64,000 nt of DNA from a virus. The stretch spans positions 4,261 through 68,260 of IMG/VR virus record IMGVR_UViG_3300032287_001952, one strand, 5' to 3'. A program made the position numbers and the translations under genes. Positions 9,045 through 18,649 of the stretch are shown piece by piece. The notes under the pieces are model-generated. The model had not been told where the DNA came from, ran no database searches, and saw only the letters and a list, made by a program, of their open reading frames with translations. Every line of letters begins with the position of its first letter. The first letter of the stretch is position 1.

Positions 9045-11252
9045 GTGTCAATTGACCTAGAGACAATCTCAGAGTCGGGGAAAGCTCCACGCACTCGAAT
9101 TAAAGACGCCCGAAGTGCTCACGCCATCTTTACGGCTATCCGTAATGCTGACGACGCCTCGGCTATTGATCGCCGCAAAATCCAGTCAATGTTGGACGGC
9201 GAACCACCCTTTTCTAACTCTCAACTCAAAGCTCTTGGCCAAGGATACCGAGCCAATCTAAACTTCGGTGAAGCAGCTGGAGCTATGGAAGTAGCTCTTT
9301 CCGCTTATTCGGATCTCGTTAACTCTGTCGATAAGCTCGCTCAAGTTAAGACGTCCTTTGGTGACGCATCCGAACGTGTCGAGTGGGAAAACATTATCTC
9401 CGAAGAGTTCCATCGCACTTTGACCGATTGGGACGAGTTCTTCTACAAACAACAGCTATTGGCTCACCAGTTCGTAGCCTACGGAGTTGGGTTTGCTTAC
9501 TTTGATGATAACCGCAACTGGCAGTGGGGTGTTAGCGGTCTTCGTGATTTCCGTGTTCCCCGTGGAACAGCCGCCTCAGATACCAAGTTTGAAATTGCGA
9601 CTGTCGAACGAAACTATATGGCCGGGGAGTTGTATCAGTTTATTGAGAACCCCAAGGTAGCCGCTGAACTCGGTTGGAACGTTGAGGAAACTCGTCGTGC
9701 GTTGTTGCACTCGGTTGAGATTGGCAACGCTACTGGTAGGGATTGGGAGAGACTACAAGAAGAGCTCAAGAATAACGATTTGATGTATTCCCACGCTCGG
9801 TCGAAAGTTATCCGTTGCGTGCACTATTTTGTTAAAGAGTTTGACGGAACCATCTCCCACTATATCGGAACCCGAGCTGGAGATACCGACGATTTCTTGT
9901 TTAAGAAGCCAAGCCGATTCCAACACGCTAATGAAGCGTTTGTGTTGTTTTCTTACGGAATTGGGTCAAACGGATTACTTCATAGTATCCGTGGTCTTGG
10001 CTACAAACTCTTCCCTTTCATTCAGCTTTCCAATCGTCTTCGTAATGCCGTTGTAGACGGAGCAATGCTCTCGTCTGCGTTGATGATCCAGCCTACGACT
10101 GGCGAGGACATCAGCAACCTGACCTTGATGTATAACGGTCCTCTTTCGGTTCTTCCCCCAGGACTGAATGTAGTTGACCGAGCCGCTCCTAATCTTGCTG
10201 GCAACGTTCTCCCAATCGTCCGTGACCTCGACAACGTTCGAATGAATAACACTGGGTCGTACAATCCCCGTCAAACAGTGTATGATGGGGGATCTCGTAC
10301 AGCCACCGAAGTTCAAGCCGAACTAGCTCAGCAGTCCATTCTTGGCACACAAGCTATGAACCTCTACTACGTTCCTTGGCAGAAGTTGCTTGCTGAACAA
10401 TTCCGTCGCCTCGCTACTGTCAAATATCGTGCTGACGAACCCGGTGGCAGGGAAGCCATCGACTTCCGCAAGCGTGTTGAGGCTCGTGGGGTTCCGTGGA
10501 AAGCTGTCGAACAAGTTTATCGTGTGACGGCAGTGCGAGCCGTCGGTGCTGGTAGCTCTGGTGCTCGCTTGCTTGCCTTCAACGAATTTATGCAGATCCT
10601 ACCTCGGTTTGACGAAGTTGGTCAGAGAAATCTTATTCGTGACCGAGTTGCCGCACGTGTTGGTTATGATCAAGTTGATCGGTATATTCCGAAAGGCGAG
10701 ATCGAGCGTATTCCCGTTGACGCCAAGATTGCGGAGCTTGAGAACGACGCAATGCAAGGCGGACGTGCTGTCAGCGTTAATCCTGGTGAGAACCACGCAG
10801 TTCACGCTCGGGTTCATTTGGAAGATTCCATCCGCTTCTTGCAAGCCCTCCAACAAAACCAAGTTGATCCCAAAGTTGCGGTCTCCTATCTCCAACTTCA
10901 GTACCCGCATACAATGGCTCATCTTCAGCAGTTGGCTTCTGACCCAACTCGCAAGTCCGAAGTTGGAGCCGCCAACGAAGTTCTCAATCAGATGCGTGAA
11001 GCCATCCAGAACATCGGCAATCAGATTGCGGCACAAGAACGTCGTAACGCTCAGATGCAAGGCCAGATGGGTGGGCAACAAGGCATTGACCCGAAACTCG
11101 CAGCTCAATTGCAGAAAGCACAGCTTGAGTCCCAGATCAAAATGGAACAAGCCAAACTTGACCAGCAGTTACAGATGGCGGACAGCCAACAAAAGATGGC
11201 AATTCGTGATGCAGAAGCCGCTCAGAAGATCCGTCAAAAAAGTCTTGCGTAA
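9045..11252 (+). CDS. Portal protein
   Basis: 735 aa directly after terL; RTATEV motif; Q-rich coiled-coil C-terminus as in P22-like portals. Confidence 0.85.
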   Translation: MSIDLETISESGKAPRTRIKDARSAHAIFTAIRNADDASAIDRRKIQSMLDGEPPFSNSQLKALGQGYRANLNFGEAAGAMEVALSAYSDLVNSVDKLAQVKTSFGDASERVEWENIISEEFHRTLTDWDEFFYKQQLLAHQFVAYGVGFAYFDDNRNWQWGVSGLRDFRVPRGTAASDTKFEIATVERNYMAGELYQFIENPKVAAELGWNVEETRRALLHSVEIGNATGRDWERLQEELKNNDLMYSHARSKVIRCVHYFVKEFDGTISHYIGTRAGDTDDFLFKKPSRFQHANEAFVLFSYGIGSNGLLHSIRGLGYKLFPFIQLSNRLRNAVVDGAMLSSALMIQPTTGEDISNLTLMYNGPLSVLPPGLNVVDRAAPNLAGNVLPIVRDLDNVRMNNTGSYNPRQTVYDGGSRTATEVQAELAQQSILGTQAMNLYYVPWQKLLAEQFRRLATVKYRADEPGGREAIDFRKRVEARGVPWKAVEQVYRVTAVRAVGAGSSGARLLAFNEFMQILPRFDEVGQRNLIRDRVAARVGYDQVDRYIPKGEIERIPVDAKIAELENDAMQGGRAVSVNPGENHAVHARVHLEDSIRFLQALQQNQVDPKVAVSYLQLQYPHTMAHLQQLASDPTRKSEVGAANEVLNQMREAIQNIGNQIAAQERRNAQMQGQMGGQQGIDPKLAAQLQKAQLESQIKMEQAKLDQQLQMADSQQKMAIRDAEAAQKIRQKSLA

Positions 11253-11281
11253 TATAAGCTGACTGAGTAAAGTCGGCTCCT

Positions 11282-11569
11282 ATGAAATTAAATGATTGGC
11301 TGAAACGAGACGATCTTCAACTAGAGTGGAAACAATTATGGGAGGGTAACGCAACGCTTAAAGCCGGACTTGAAGTGCTTAAGAATGTTGGATTCCCTAT
11401 TGAAACCAGAGGATTACCCGGAGTTGACGCAATCCAACACAACGCATTGATGAACGCACGACGAGAGGGATATTTTGACGCAATCCGAAATATCGAAGCC
11501 TTAAAAGAAGTTAAACAGCAACCCGACGCCCTCCCAGATTCTTGGGAAAGCGTGAAAAAGGAAGACTAA
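11282..11569 (+). CDS. Small head-module protein
   Basis: Position between portal and scaffold; REG motif; own TTGCGT-N17-TAAAGT promoter. Confidence 0.6.
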   Translation: MKLNDWLKRDDLQLEWKQLWEGNATLKAGLEVLKNVGFPIETRGLPGVDAIQHNALMNARREGYFDAIRNIEALKEVKQQPDALPDSWESVKKED

Positions 11570-11572
11570 TTT

Positions 11573-12880
11573 ATGCCAACAGAAACACCAACAGCGACCC
11601 CAACGACCGAAACCGCAACCCCCGTAGCTACCGCTACAACTGCCCCAGCACCCACCGTCAGTTTTTCTGACGCTCTAGACAAAGCTTTGGGCACGAGTGG
11701 CCCCTCCTCTAAGCCTATCAACGCAAAGGCTGAGGCGAAAATTCAGAAACAAGCTCCAGTTGCGAAAGCACCAGAAGCTCCAAAAACTGAAGCAAAGGTA
11801 GAAGCTAAGACTGAAACATCTTCCTCTAAGACTCCCAGTTCTATCCTTGACCAGTTAGGTACGCTTGGGATTGAGGAAAAAGTTGAAGCCAAGACAGAAG
11901 TTAAGTCTGAAGAGACTGTTGAAGAAGTTTCCCCTGAAGTCGCTTCAACTCCCGCAGCTCAGACGGCTTTCGCTAAGCTCACGAAAGAACTTCGTGAAGC
12001 CAAGTCGAAGCTCAAAGAGTTTGAAGGTAAGGTCAGCGACCGGGCTGATGCCGTCGAACAAAAGGGTGGAGATGTCCAGAGTGACGCCCAGCTAAAAGAA
12101 CTCCAGACAAAGCTTGAGCAGTTCCAAGCCGAACGTGATGAGCTTGAGAGTGAGCTCCGTGTTAGCAAGATCGAGTCTACTCGTGAGTATAAGTCTGTAA
12201 TCGGTGAGCCTACCAAGGCCGCTGTCCAGACCATCTCGGACATTGCCAAGACCTACGAAGTTCGTCCCTCGACCATTCTCGAAGCTGTGAATGAAACTGA
12301 CGGAGTGAAACGTCGCACTCTATTGAAAGAGTTGACTGGAGAGATGGACGCAGCCGATGCTTTGGCTGTCCGAATGAAAGTTGATGAGCTTGTGCAGTTG
12401 AACGGCAAACGTGAAGAGATGCTTAAAGAGAGTAAGACTGCTCTTGAAGCCTTGACTAGAGCCGAAGAAGAAGAGGATCGTGCCGAACGCTCCAAGTATG
12501 ACGCCGATGCCAAAAAAGCTTTCGGTGAGGTATGGGGCACATTCCAAGAAGAACTCCCTATCTTGAAGAAGATCGAAGGCAACGAGTCTTGGAACAAGAC
12601 GATTGATGAACTTCGAAGCCACGCCGAGAAACTTGATGCAGAGCCTCTTGATCACAGACAGAGAGCCGCTTTGACTTACCAAGCTGTAAGTCTTCCTCTT
12701 GTTGTCCAAGTGTTCAAGGATTACGTCACAAAGACAAATCAAGAGATGAAGAGTCTTCGTGACAATCTTTCTGACTACCGAAAGGCAACTCCTGGTGCTG
12801 GGTCTGGACAAGCTCCAGCCAAATCAGAGAAACTTGATAAAGGTCTCAGCTTCTTAGACGCCCTCGAAAAAGGTTTGTAA
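11573..12880 (+). CDS. Capsid scaffolding protein
   Basis: Acidic; disordered N-terminus then coiled coils; SF(S/L)DAL(D/E)K repeated near both ends; upstream of the capsid gene. Confidence 0.75.
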   Translation: MPTETPTATPTTETATPVATATTAPAPTVSFSDALDKALGTSGPSSKPINAKAEAKIQKQAPVAKAPEAPKTEAKVEAKTETSSSKTPSSILDQLGTLGIEEKVEAKTEVKSEETVEEVSPEVASTPAAQTAFAKLTKELREAKSKLKEFEGKVSDRADAVEQKGGDVQSDAQLKELQTKLEQFQAERDELESELRVSKIESTREYKSVIGEPTKAAVQTISDIAKTYEVRPSTILEAVNETDGVKRRTLLKELTGEMDAADALAVRMKVDELVQLNGKREEMLKESKTALEALTRAEEEEDRAERSKYDADAKKAFGEVWGTFQEELPILKKIEGNESWNKTIDELRSHAEKLDAEPLDHRQRAALTYQAVSLPLVVQVFKDYVTKTNQEMKSLRDNLSDYRKATPGAGSGQAPAKSEKLDKGLSFLDALEKGL

Positions 12881-12883
12881 TCC

Positions 12884-13786
12884 GTGGTCGACACGCCCTT
12901 CATAAACGATGGGGCTGATGAGTCCCTTCGGAAGACGGTTAGTCTCCTCAATAAGATTGAGGCCAAGACTGGCTCTACCACCATTACTGGCCCTGTTACG
13001 GTCAGTAACGAAGTTGAGGTAACTAATAGTTCTGGTAGCCCCATTCCAGTCAGTGGAAGTGTTTCGGTCTCGAATCTACCAGCGACCCAGCCGATTAGTG
13101 GCTCAGTCTCTGTATCCAACTTCCCAGCGACACAACCCGTAAGTGGCACCTTTTGGCAAGCGACCCAGCCAGTCTCTATAGCATCCGCTCCCGTCACTCC
13201 CGTCACAGATAACGGTGGTTCATTGACCGTTGACGGGACGGTGACAGCAAATATTGGCAATACCCATGACATTATCGGCGGTGGTTACAGTGATTTATTT
13301 TCTTTGGGGGATGACGGCTTACTATATGTGCAAGCTAACGTCACAAATTTCCCAGCGACTCAGCCAATTAGCGGAACAGTTACGGCCGCTCAAGCAACAG
13401 CTTCTTCACTTAAAACTCAAGCACAAGTCCTAAATAGCGCAGGCTCACTTATCACTTACGCAGAGTCTGGAACGTATGGAAGTCCGAGTGTTGATGTTAT
13501 TAGTGTTCAGAACCCACAAGGAACATCCGCAGCGATAGCCACATTTACAAGTACAACGGCATCCACATCTCTTGTTTCAGCCGCTACGGCTAGGAAAACC
13601 CTAACAGTCTACAATTCTGGTCCAGGTGATCTTAATATTTCGCCTACGGCTACCTGCACCACGACCAATTTTCAAATTAGGCTCGCAAGTAATGACTACT
13701 GGGAATGCCCAGATCAACAAGTAACTATGGCTCATACGGCTGTATTTTCATCAGCCGGGACAGCCTACGTGACCACAATAAGTTAA
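12884..13786 (+). CDS. Virion accessory fibre/decoration protein with NFPATQP(V/I)SG repeats
   Basis: At least three imperfect repeats; S/T/V rich. Confidence 0.6.
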   Translation: MVDTPFINDGADESLRKTVSLLNKIEAKTGSTTITGPVTVSNEVEVTNSSGSPIPVSGSVSVSNLPATQPISGSVSVSNFPATQPVSGTFWQATQPVSIASAPVTPVTDNGGSLTVDGTVTANIGNTHDIIGGGYSDLFSLGDDGLLYVQANVTNFPATQPISGTVTAAQATASSLKTQAQVLNSAGSLITYAESGTYGSPSVDVISVQNPQGTSAAIATFTSTTASTSLVSAATARKTLTVYNSGPGDLNISPTATCTTTNFQIRLASNDYWECPDQQVTMAHTAVFSSAGTAYVTTIS

Positions 13787-13787
13787 T

Positions 13788-14600
13788 ATGCCGTCTTTTA
13801 TTGCTCAGCCGTCATACGACACGGATGCTTCAACGTTTTTTACAGCCGCCGGAGTTACCAGAACTGAGTCTAGACAACAGATTTCTCGCTTTGTTACAGG
13901 TATGAAAGACCTTGGTCTTTGGAGCAGTATGGTGTGCTGGCCTTTGCGTTCCTCGCAGAATGCCGACACGGGTACTATAGCATATTCTTTTGGTGGGTTA
14001 GGGACTTACAACGGTACAATTAACACGACACCTACTAGAGCATTTGAAGGCATGTCGTTTTCTGGGACAGGCACAATCCTTAATAATTCAATCGCTTCTG
14101 CCGTAAGATCGACAAACGCTTACTCAACTATTTTGGTATGTTCAAATGTTGCAACTGGAACTGTGAATTTCGGAGTTTTAAAGGGTGGCGGATCAAATCA
14201 AACAGGGGACAACTATACGGGATTCTCAAGGCAATTTAATTTTCTTGCTCAAGCTCAAATATACTTAACCGGTGGGACTGGAGACAGAGGATTCGGTTCT
14301 TTGTCTTTCAATGCTTCTGGCTTTCAATTCTTTGGTTCAGCAAGAAACGGACTAACAGCCCCATCAACAAATACTGGCTCTGTAACTCTCAATGCCTCAA
14401 CAAACTCAACTCTAGCTGGAACTGGCAATCTTCCTTCAACGAACCCATTTGGGGACAACTTCTATGTTCTCGGATCCTCTACTGCTGGAAACTCTTATGC
14501 GTTTGCGTTGGTGACGACGACATCTCTTTCCACGATCAATATGCAAAACATAAGAAGCCTCTACAAAACCACCCTTGGCCTTGGGCTGGATCTACCATAG
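13788..14600 (+). CDS. Virion accessory beta-rich protein
   Basis: D-x-DA..F..A...FV..MKDLGLW N-terminus followed by a lectin-like beta region. Confidence 0.55.
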   Translation: MPSFIAQPSYDTDASTFFTAAGVTRTESRQQISRFVTGMKDLGLWSSMVCWPLRSSQNADTGTIAYSFGGLGTYNGTINTTPTRAFEGMSFSGTGTILNNSIASAVRSTNAYSTILVCSNVATGTVNFGVLKGGGSNQTGDNYTGFSRQFNFLAQAQIYLTGGTGDRGFGSLSFNASGFQFFGSARNGLTAPSTNTGSVTLNASTNSTLAGTGNLPSTNPFGDNFYVLGSSTAGNSYAFALVTTTSLSTINMQNIRSLYKTTLGLGLDLP

Positions 14601-14609
14601 GGAAAAACC

Positions 14610-15254
14610 ATGGCCGTCTACTACGCAAGAGATAAAATATTTGGGAATCTAGCTGTTCCTACCGCTAGGTGCGTTGGTCCTATATCTTCGTATGGTTCTA
14701 ATGCCAACAATCTAACACTTATTAGTTCTTACGTTTCCTTTACTCCTATTTACACAAACACCGCAAGAACTATTACAACGGCTCAATTTATCGTTACCAC
14801 ACAAGCAACAGCTACTGGTACGCCCTCGATACAAGTTGCTATGTACAACTGTAGACTTAACCAGTTAGCCCCAGGTACGCAAATAGCAAATACACTAACC
14901 ACAAACATAGTTGCTACTGCAACTGGCGTAAAAACAATAACATTCTCTCCAACTTGGGTTCTACCAAAGGGCCTAAGTTTTTTCGGTATGAACATAAAAG
15001 CAACTGCAAGTAACAACACTTGTCAAGTAAGAGGATTAGACGGTTCTGGAAGAGAAGGTTCATTTCTCGGTAACATAGGAGCTGGGTGGGATGGCACAAA
15101 CCCCACAAATCAGTTTTCTAATGCCGGAATACCCTATATCTTCATCGGTGAAAATACAAACCTATCCAGCGACTACAGCTCAACAAACGTTGATTATTCA
15201 AACATAGGAGGTGGTCGAACAGATATCTCATACGTTGGGATATTTTTAAAATAA
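14610..15254 (+). CDS. Virion accessory beta-sandwich protein
   Basis: N/S/T rich, AT-rich DNA, ATATGVK motif. Confidence 0.5.
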   Translation: MAVYYARDKIFGNLAVPTARCVGPISSYGSNANNLTLISSYVSFTPIYTNTARTITTAQFIVTTQATATGTPSIQVAMYNCRLNQLAPGTQIANTLTTNIVATATGVKTITFSPTWVLPKGLSFFGMNIKATASNNTCQVRGLDGSGREGSFLGNIGAGWDGTNPTNQFSNAGIPYIFIGENTNLSSDYSSTNVDYSNIGGGRTDISYVGIFLK

Positions 15255-15255
15255 T

Positions 15256-15552
15256 ATGCCACGCCAAGAATTCTATCAAAATGGTGAACTCGTAAGAGTT
15301 GAGGACACCCGAACATTAGCCGAAGCCATTGAGGAGAGAAAAGAGGTGTGGGCAGAGCAGACCACTAGGCTCATCCGCACTAAGGTTACAGAGACCGACG
15401 AACGTAATTGCGCCAATGGAATTTACGATGAAGACAAGAGGGCTCAGATCCTCGGCTGGGTTAACGAGTGCCGTAATAAGTATTTAGCTTGCAAGGCGAC
15501 CGCACTGGCTTGCAGCACTAACGAAGAAGTAGACGCAATCCGCTACGAGTAA
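15256..15552 (+). CDS. Fibre-associated chaperone-like protein
   Basis: Helical; ends EEVDAIRYE like tail-fibre assembly proteins. Confidence 0.45.
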   Translation: MPRQEFYQNGELVRVEDTRTLAEAIEERKEVWAEQTTRLIRTKVTETDERNCANGIYDEDKRAQILGWVNECRNKYLACKATALACSTNEEVDAIRYE

Positions 15553-15573
15553 GCTCAAAATATAGATTAGGTA

Positions 15574-15786
15574 TTGACAGATTCTAAAAGGTATTAGGAT
15601 TTAGATTAGCTGTCTGGAATTGGCATGGGCGTATCCGCGGGCCGCCACCGCGTTAGCTGAGACTGGGTTAGCATCGGGCAATAAAAGCTTCGGGATGCCG
15701 CCGAGGAAACCAAACACAAGAATTGCCATACTCTTCGAGTATGGGTTTACAATTTCTTAACGTATTTCGAAAGGATATTTAATAAT
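15574..15786 (+). promoter_or_regulatory. Major capsid promoter and structured 5' leader
   Basis: TTGACA-N15-TAGGAT, then about 180 nt non-coding with stems cgcgg/ccgcg, gcatc/gatgc and ccatactc/gagtatgg; AAGGA before the ATG. Confidence 0.55.
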
Positions 15787-17109
15787 ATGGGTACTGATTA
15801 TACGAATATCGAGCAGTTGCTGATTTCTGAAAGTAATCGCATCGGCGAAGATATTTATCGCAAGACGGTTGATACGAGCCCCTGGCTCAAATTGGTTAAA
15901 CAAGATGCTTGGCCGGACGAGATGGGTGACACCGTTTCTGTCTTGGTTTACGAGCGGTCGCTTCCTTATGATGCCTCCGGACCTAAGATCAATTGGTCTG
16001 ATCTTACGCAAAACGGTGGTGCTTATGGTGGCACGCTGAGCTACAACGGAACCGGAAACGGCGCCTCTAGCTCGGATTCATTCCCCGCTTCCGGTGGAAC
16101 GCTTGACTTCGGTCAGACGCTTCGGACTTACGGGTTGCAGCACGCTGCTCTCGAATCCCCGAACATCTCGTTGAATGACCTGCGCTTCCCCGTTAAACGG
16201 AAAGAACAGCTCTCCAACATCATGCAGATTATGACTGAATCTACGACTGACGTCTGGATTCAGCGGTATCGTGATCAGTACGTTGACCAAGCCGAAAACA
16301 AGCTCTTGGCTACTTCTGCCACGGATCTTACTGGCTTGACCAACGCTGATACCGCAATCACAGGGACCATTCGCACGTTGAAGACTGGTAACAATACTCG
16401 TGCAAACGTGTCTCCGGCCGCTGCCGACTCTTCATTCGCACACACGACTGCTGCGAATACTGGAGTTACTCAGCTGACTCAGACCATCCTTGATCGGGTG
16501 TACATGGATCTTCTCCGTAACGGAGCAGGTGCAAACGCCTATGACCGGATGAACGGAGCCCCTGTGTTCTTGGCGATCATGTCGCCCGAAACCAGCGATT
16601 CCTTGATCCGCGCCAACGCCGACGTCCGTCAGGACTTCCGCTGGAGCGATCGGGTTAGCGAACTGCTCGCCCCTCTCGGTGTGCAGCGCAGCTACCGCAA
16701 CTTCCATCACTTGGTTGATGCGTTTGCTCCTCGCTACAACCTGGTTAGCAACGTTTGGACACGGATTTATCCGTTTGTCCGCACGACCAACCAGAGCCCT
16801 AGCGCAAGTCGGCAGGGGTTCAAGTATGAGCTGAACTCTAACTACCTCACTGCCACCTACGAAGATACCATCATCTTCGTTCCCGAAGTGTTCACCAGCT
16901 TGGTTCCCAAGCCCTTGAGCATCACGGACGGCATGGAGTTCAACGCTCAGAACTATCGTGGTGAGTTCACATGGAGGAACATCCTCGATCGCGATAACAA
17001 TCCGGACGGGACCCTTGGGTTCTTCCGCGCCATTTTCAGTAACGGCGCGAAACCCATCTTCCCGCACATGGGATATGTTATCCGTCATGCGCGTAACACC
17101 ATCGCCTAA
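15787..17109 (+). CDS. Major capsid protein
   Basis: 440 aa downstream of the scaffold; dedicated promoter, RBS and downstream terminator; biased codon use. Confidence 0.8.
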   Translation: MGTDYTNIEQLLISESNRIGEDIYRKTVDTSPWLKLVKQDAWPDEMGDTVSVLVYERSLPYDASGPKINWSDLTQNGGAYGGTLSYNGTGNGASSSDSFPASGGTLDFGQTLRTYGLQHAALESPNISLNDLRFPVKRKEQLSNIMQIMTESTTDVWIQRYRDQYVDQAENKLLATSATDLTGLTNADTAITGTIRTLKTGNNTRANVSPAAADSSFAHTTAANTGVTQLTQTILDRVYMDLLRNGAGANAYDRMNGAPVFLAIMSPETSDSLIRANADVRQDFRWSDRVSELLAPLGVQRSYRNFHHLVDAFAPRYNLVSNVWTRIYPFVRTTNQSPSASRQGFKYELNSNYLTATYEDTIIFVPEVFTSLVPKPLSITDGMEFNAQNYRGEFTWRNILDRDNNPDGTLGFFRAIFSNGAKPIFPHMGYVIRHARNTIA

Positions 17110-17131
17110 ATAGGGAAAGGAGAATCATAAT

Positions 17132-17377
17132 ATGAGTCTTCCTCTCTCTGTTTCGACGCAAGACCAGGTATTTGCGGCTCAAGTTCGCAATGTTCTGGCC
17201 AATGGTGGAGCTTGGACTGACTTGGTTGCCTTGACCGATAACACGGCAGTCGATATTTCGGCTAGCCCTAATACGATTGCAAACGTTACAGACGTGCAAA
17301 CGGCTGAAAACGCAATCGCTCGGTTGACCGCAAAAGTCAATGCGATCGTCGCATTGCTGAACAAAGTCAACGCCTAA
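17132..17377 (+). CDS. Head fibre/decoration protein
   Basis: Strong AAGGAG RBS; co-transcribed with the capsid gene; IARLTAKVNAIVALL trimer-coil motif. Confidence 0.6.
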   Translation: MSLPLSVSTQDQVFAAQVRNVLANGGAWTDLVALTDNTAVDISASPNTIANVTDVQTAENAIARLTAKVNAIVALLNKVNA

Positions 17378-17387
17378 GTAATTAATG

Positions 17388-17420
17388 GAGGCTCCTAGGG
17401 TTCTATCCCCTAGGAGTCTT
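17388..17420 (+). terminator. Hairpin after the capsid operon
   Basis: gaggctcctaggg-ttctatc-ccctaggagtctt, 13-bp stem with G-U pairs and a weak U tail. Confidence 0.6.
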
Positions 17421-17431
17421 CACCTATACCT

Positions 17432-17767
17432 ATGATGTCCAATCAAGTCACAGTCCAGAAAACCCAGCAAGTAGCCAACGAGACTGGTGCTCGTGAGACC
17501 CCAGTGTCCAAGGATCTTGTGGTCTTCCCGATTCCCAATGGATTCGTCCCTCCCGATGGTGTTCAACCAGGCCAATCGTTTGATGCGGTTTGCCGAGTTA
17601 ACTACCAAAAAGGGCAGATGATTCTTGAGTCAATCGAGGGCAACGAAGTTCGTTTAGCATCGTCCGTTGCTAAAGCTCCTAAAATCAACAAAGCTGCGTC
17701 GTTTGAAGATGCCGTTGAGGAAGGGCTTAGCGAAGACGAGACAGGCGAATATGCGGGGATGGCTTGA
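17432..17767 (+). CDS. Hypothetical protein
   Basis: 111-aa ORF in the late block. Confidence 0.6.
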   Translation: MMSNQVTVQKTQQVANETGARETPVSKDLVVFPIPNGFVPPDGVQPGQSFDAVCRVNYQKGQMILESIEGNEVRLASSVAKAPKINKAASFEDAVEEGLSEDETGEYAGMA

Positions 17768-18035
17768 CCTAACTGCGGCTATTGCTGAACAGGCTATTGC
17801 AGATCTCGATCTAGCTATATCCCCTTGTAAAGCAAAACGCAAACCAGACTGGGCATTTACTCCCGAACACTTCCGTGAATTCTTCGATGCCGCTGAACAT
17901 TTATATCGTGTCTGTGGCTTCCGTTTGAATCCAGAGGCTGTACGTGATAGGCTTAATAGGAAACTAAAAAAACTGGATAAAATATATGCCCCGCAAGGAT
18001 GTAAACGAAATCTGCGTAAAGCTTGCAAGAATTGA
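17751..18035 (+). CDS. Hypothetical protein (AAI..QA..D motif)
   Basis: Start at ATG 17751; helical. Confidence 0.5.
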   Translation: MRGWLDLTAAIAEQAIADLDLAISPCKAKRKPDWAFTPEHFREFFDAAEHLYRVCGFRLNPEAVRDRLNRKLKKLDKIYAPQGCKRNLRKACKN

Positions 18036-18216
18036 TACCAAGCTTGATGGTATTGCTGACTTGATTAAGCGTCACGATGAGACGCTCGAGTCGCAAGATG
18101 GTCGTTTGCGTCATGTCGAAAAGCATGTTAATGTTGTTGTTGGTTGGGCAGGTGCAGTTGGCTTATTTGCCTCACTTGTCGGAACTTGGATTCAAGAGAA
18201 GTTAACTGGCCGTTAA
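17986..18216 (+). CDS. Coiled coil plus C-terminal TM helix, holin/antiholin-like
   Basis: XhlA-like architecture at the start of the lysis cassette. Confidence 0.55.
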   Translation: MPRKDVNEICVKLARIDTKLDGIADLIKRHDETLESQDGRLRHVEKHVNVVVGWAGAVGLFASLVGTWIQEKLTGR

Positions 18217-18253
18217 TTGCTTGCTTATTCACAGCTCTATGACACAATCAGTC

Positions 18254-18649
18254 ATGGGCTTAGTATTTCTGGTAGCTTTGCTCCTTTGTGGATGCACTAC
18301 CGTTTCCCCAAGAGGTCTTCCTAATTTCTCCACTACGGAGGCTAGGCTCGATGCCGCCTCATCCGTGGCCAATCCAGAAGCTAAAGTGCATATAGAGGCC
18401 GCTAGGGAGCAATTAAAGGCCGCTAAAGAGGCTTGTTTCGCTAATACCGAACAACTTGAGCAAGCCATTAAGGAGAAGAACGAAGCTATCAAGGATGTAG
18501 AGGTTTGGAAGGGTAAACAACGTAAAGCCTTAAAAGAGCTTTGGATCTACCGAGGAGCTCTTATTGCGTTAGGGCTATGGGTGTTTAGAGGATTCCTTTT
18601 CAGTGGCGTAATGTTTATTGCTCGTAAATTTGTGGGAGTTCCTTGGTGA
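18254..18649 (+). CDS. Lipoprotein with C-terminal TM helix, spanin candidate
   Basis: MGLVFLVALLLCGC lipobox, coiled coil, hydrophobic C-terminus. Start at ATG 18254 follows TTGCTT-N16-CACAAT. Confidence 0.55.
   Translation: MGLVFLVALLLCGCTTVSPRGLPNFSTTEARLDAASSVANPEAKVHIEAAREQLKAAKEACFANTEQLEQAIKEKNEAIKDVEVWKGKQRKALKELWIYRGALIALGLWVFRGFLFSGVMFIARKFVGVPW

Noticed and set aside
10546-11262. 238-aa alternative-frame ORF inside the portal gene
   Set aside because: No RBS; the L/S/K/R shadow composition is expected from the Q/A-rich portal C-terminus
13000-13400. Short repeats considered as a CRISPR array or DGR template
   Set aside because: They are in-frame peptide repeats with synonymous variation; no spacers, cas genes or reverse transcriptase seen
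16432-17088. 218-aa antisense ORF in the capsid gene
   Set aside because: Typical antisense mirror of a codon-biased gene; no motifs
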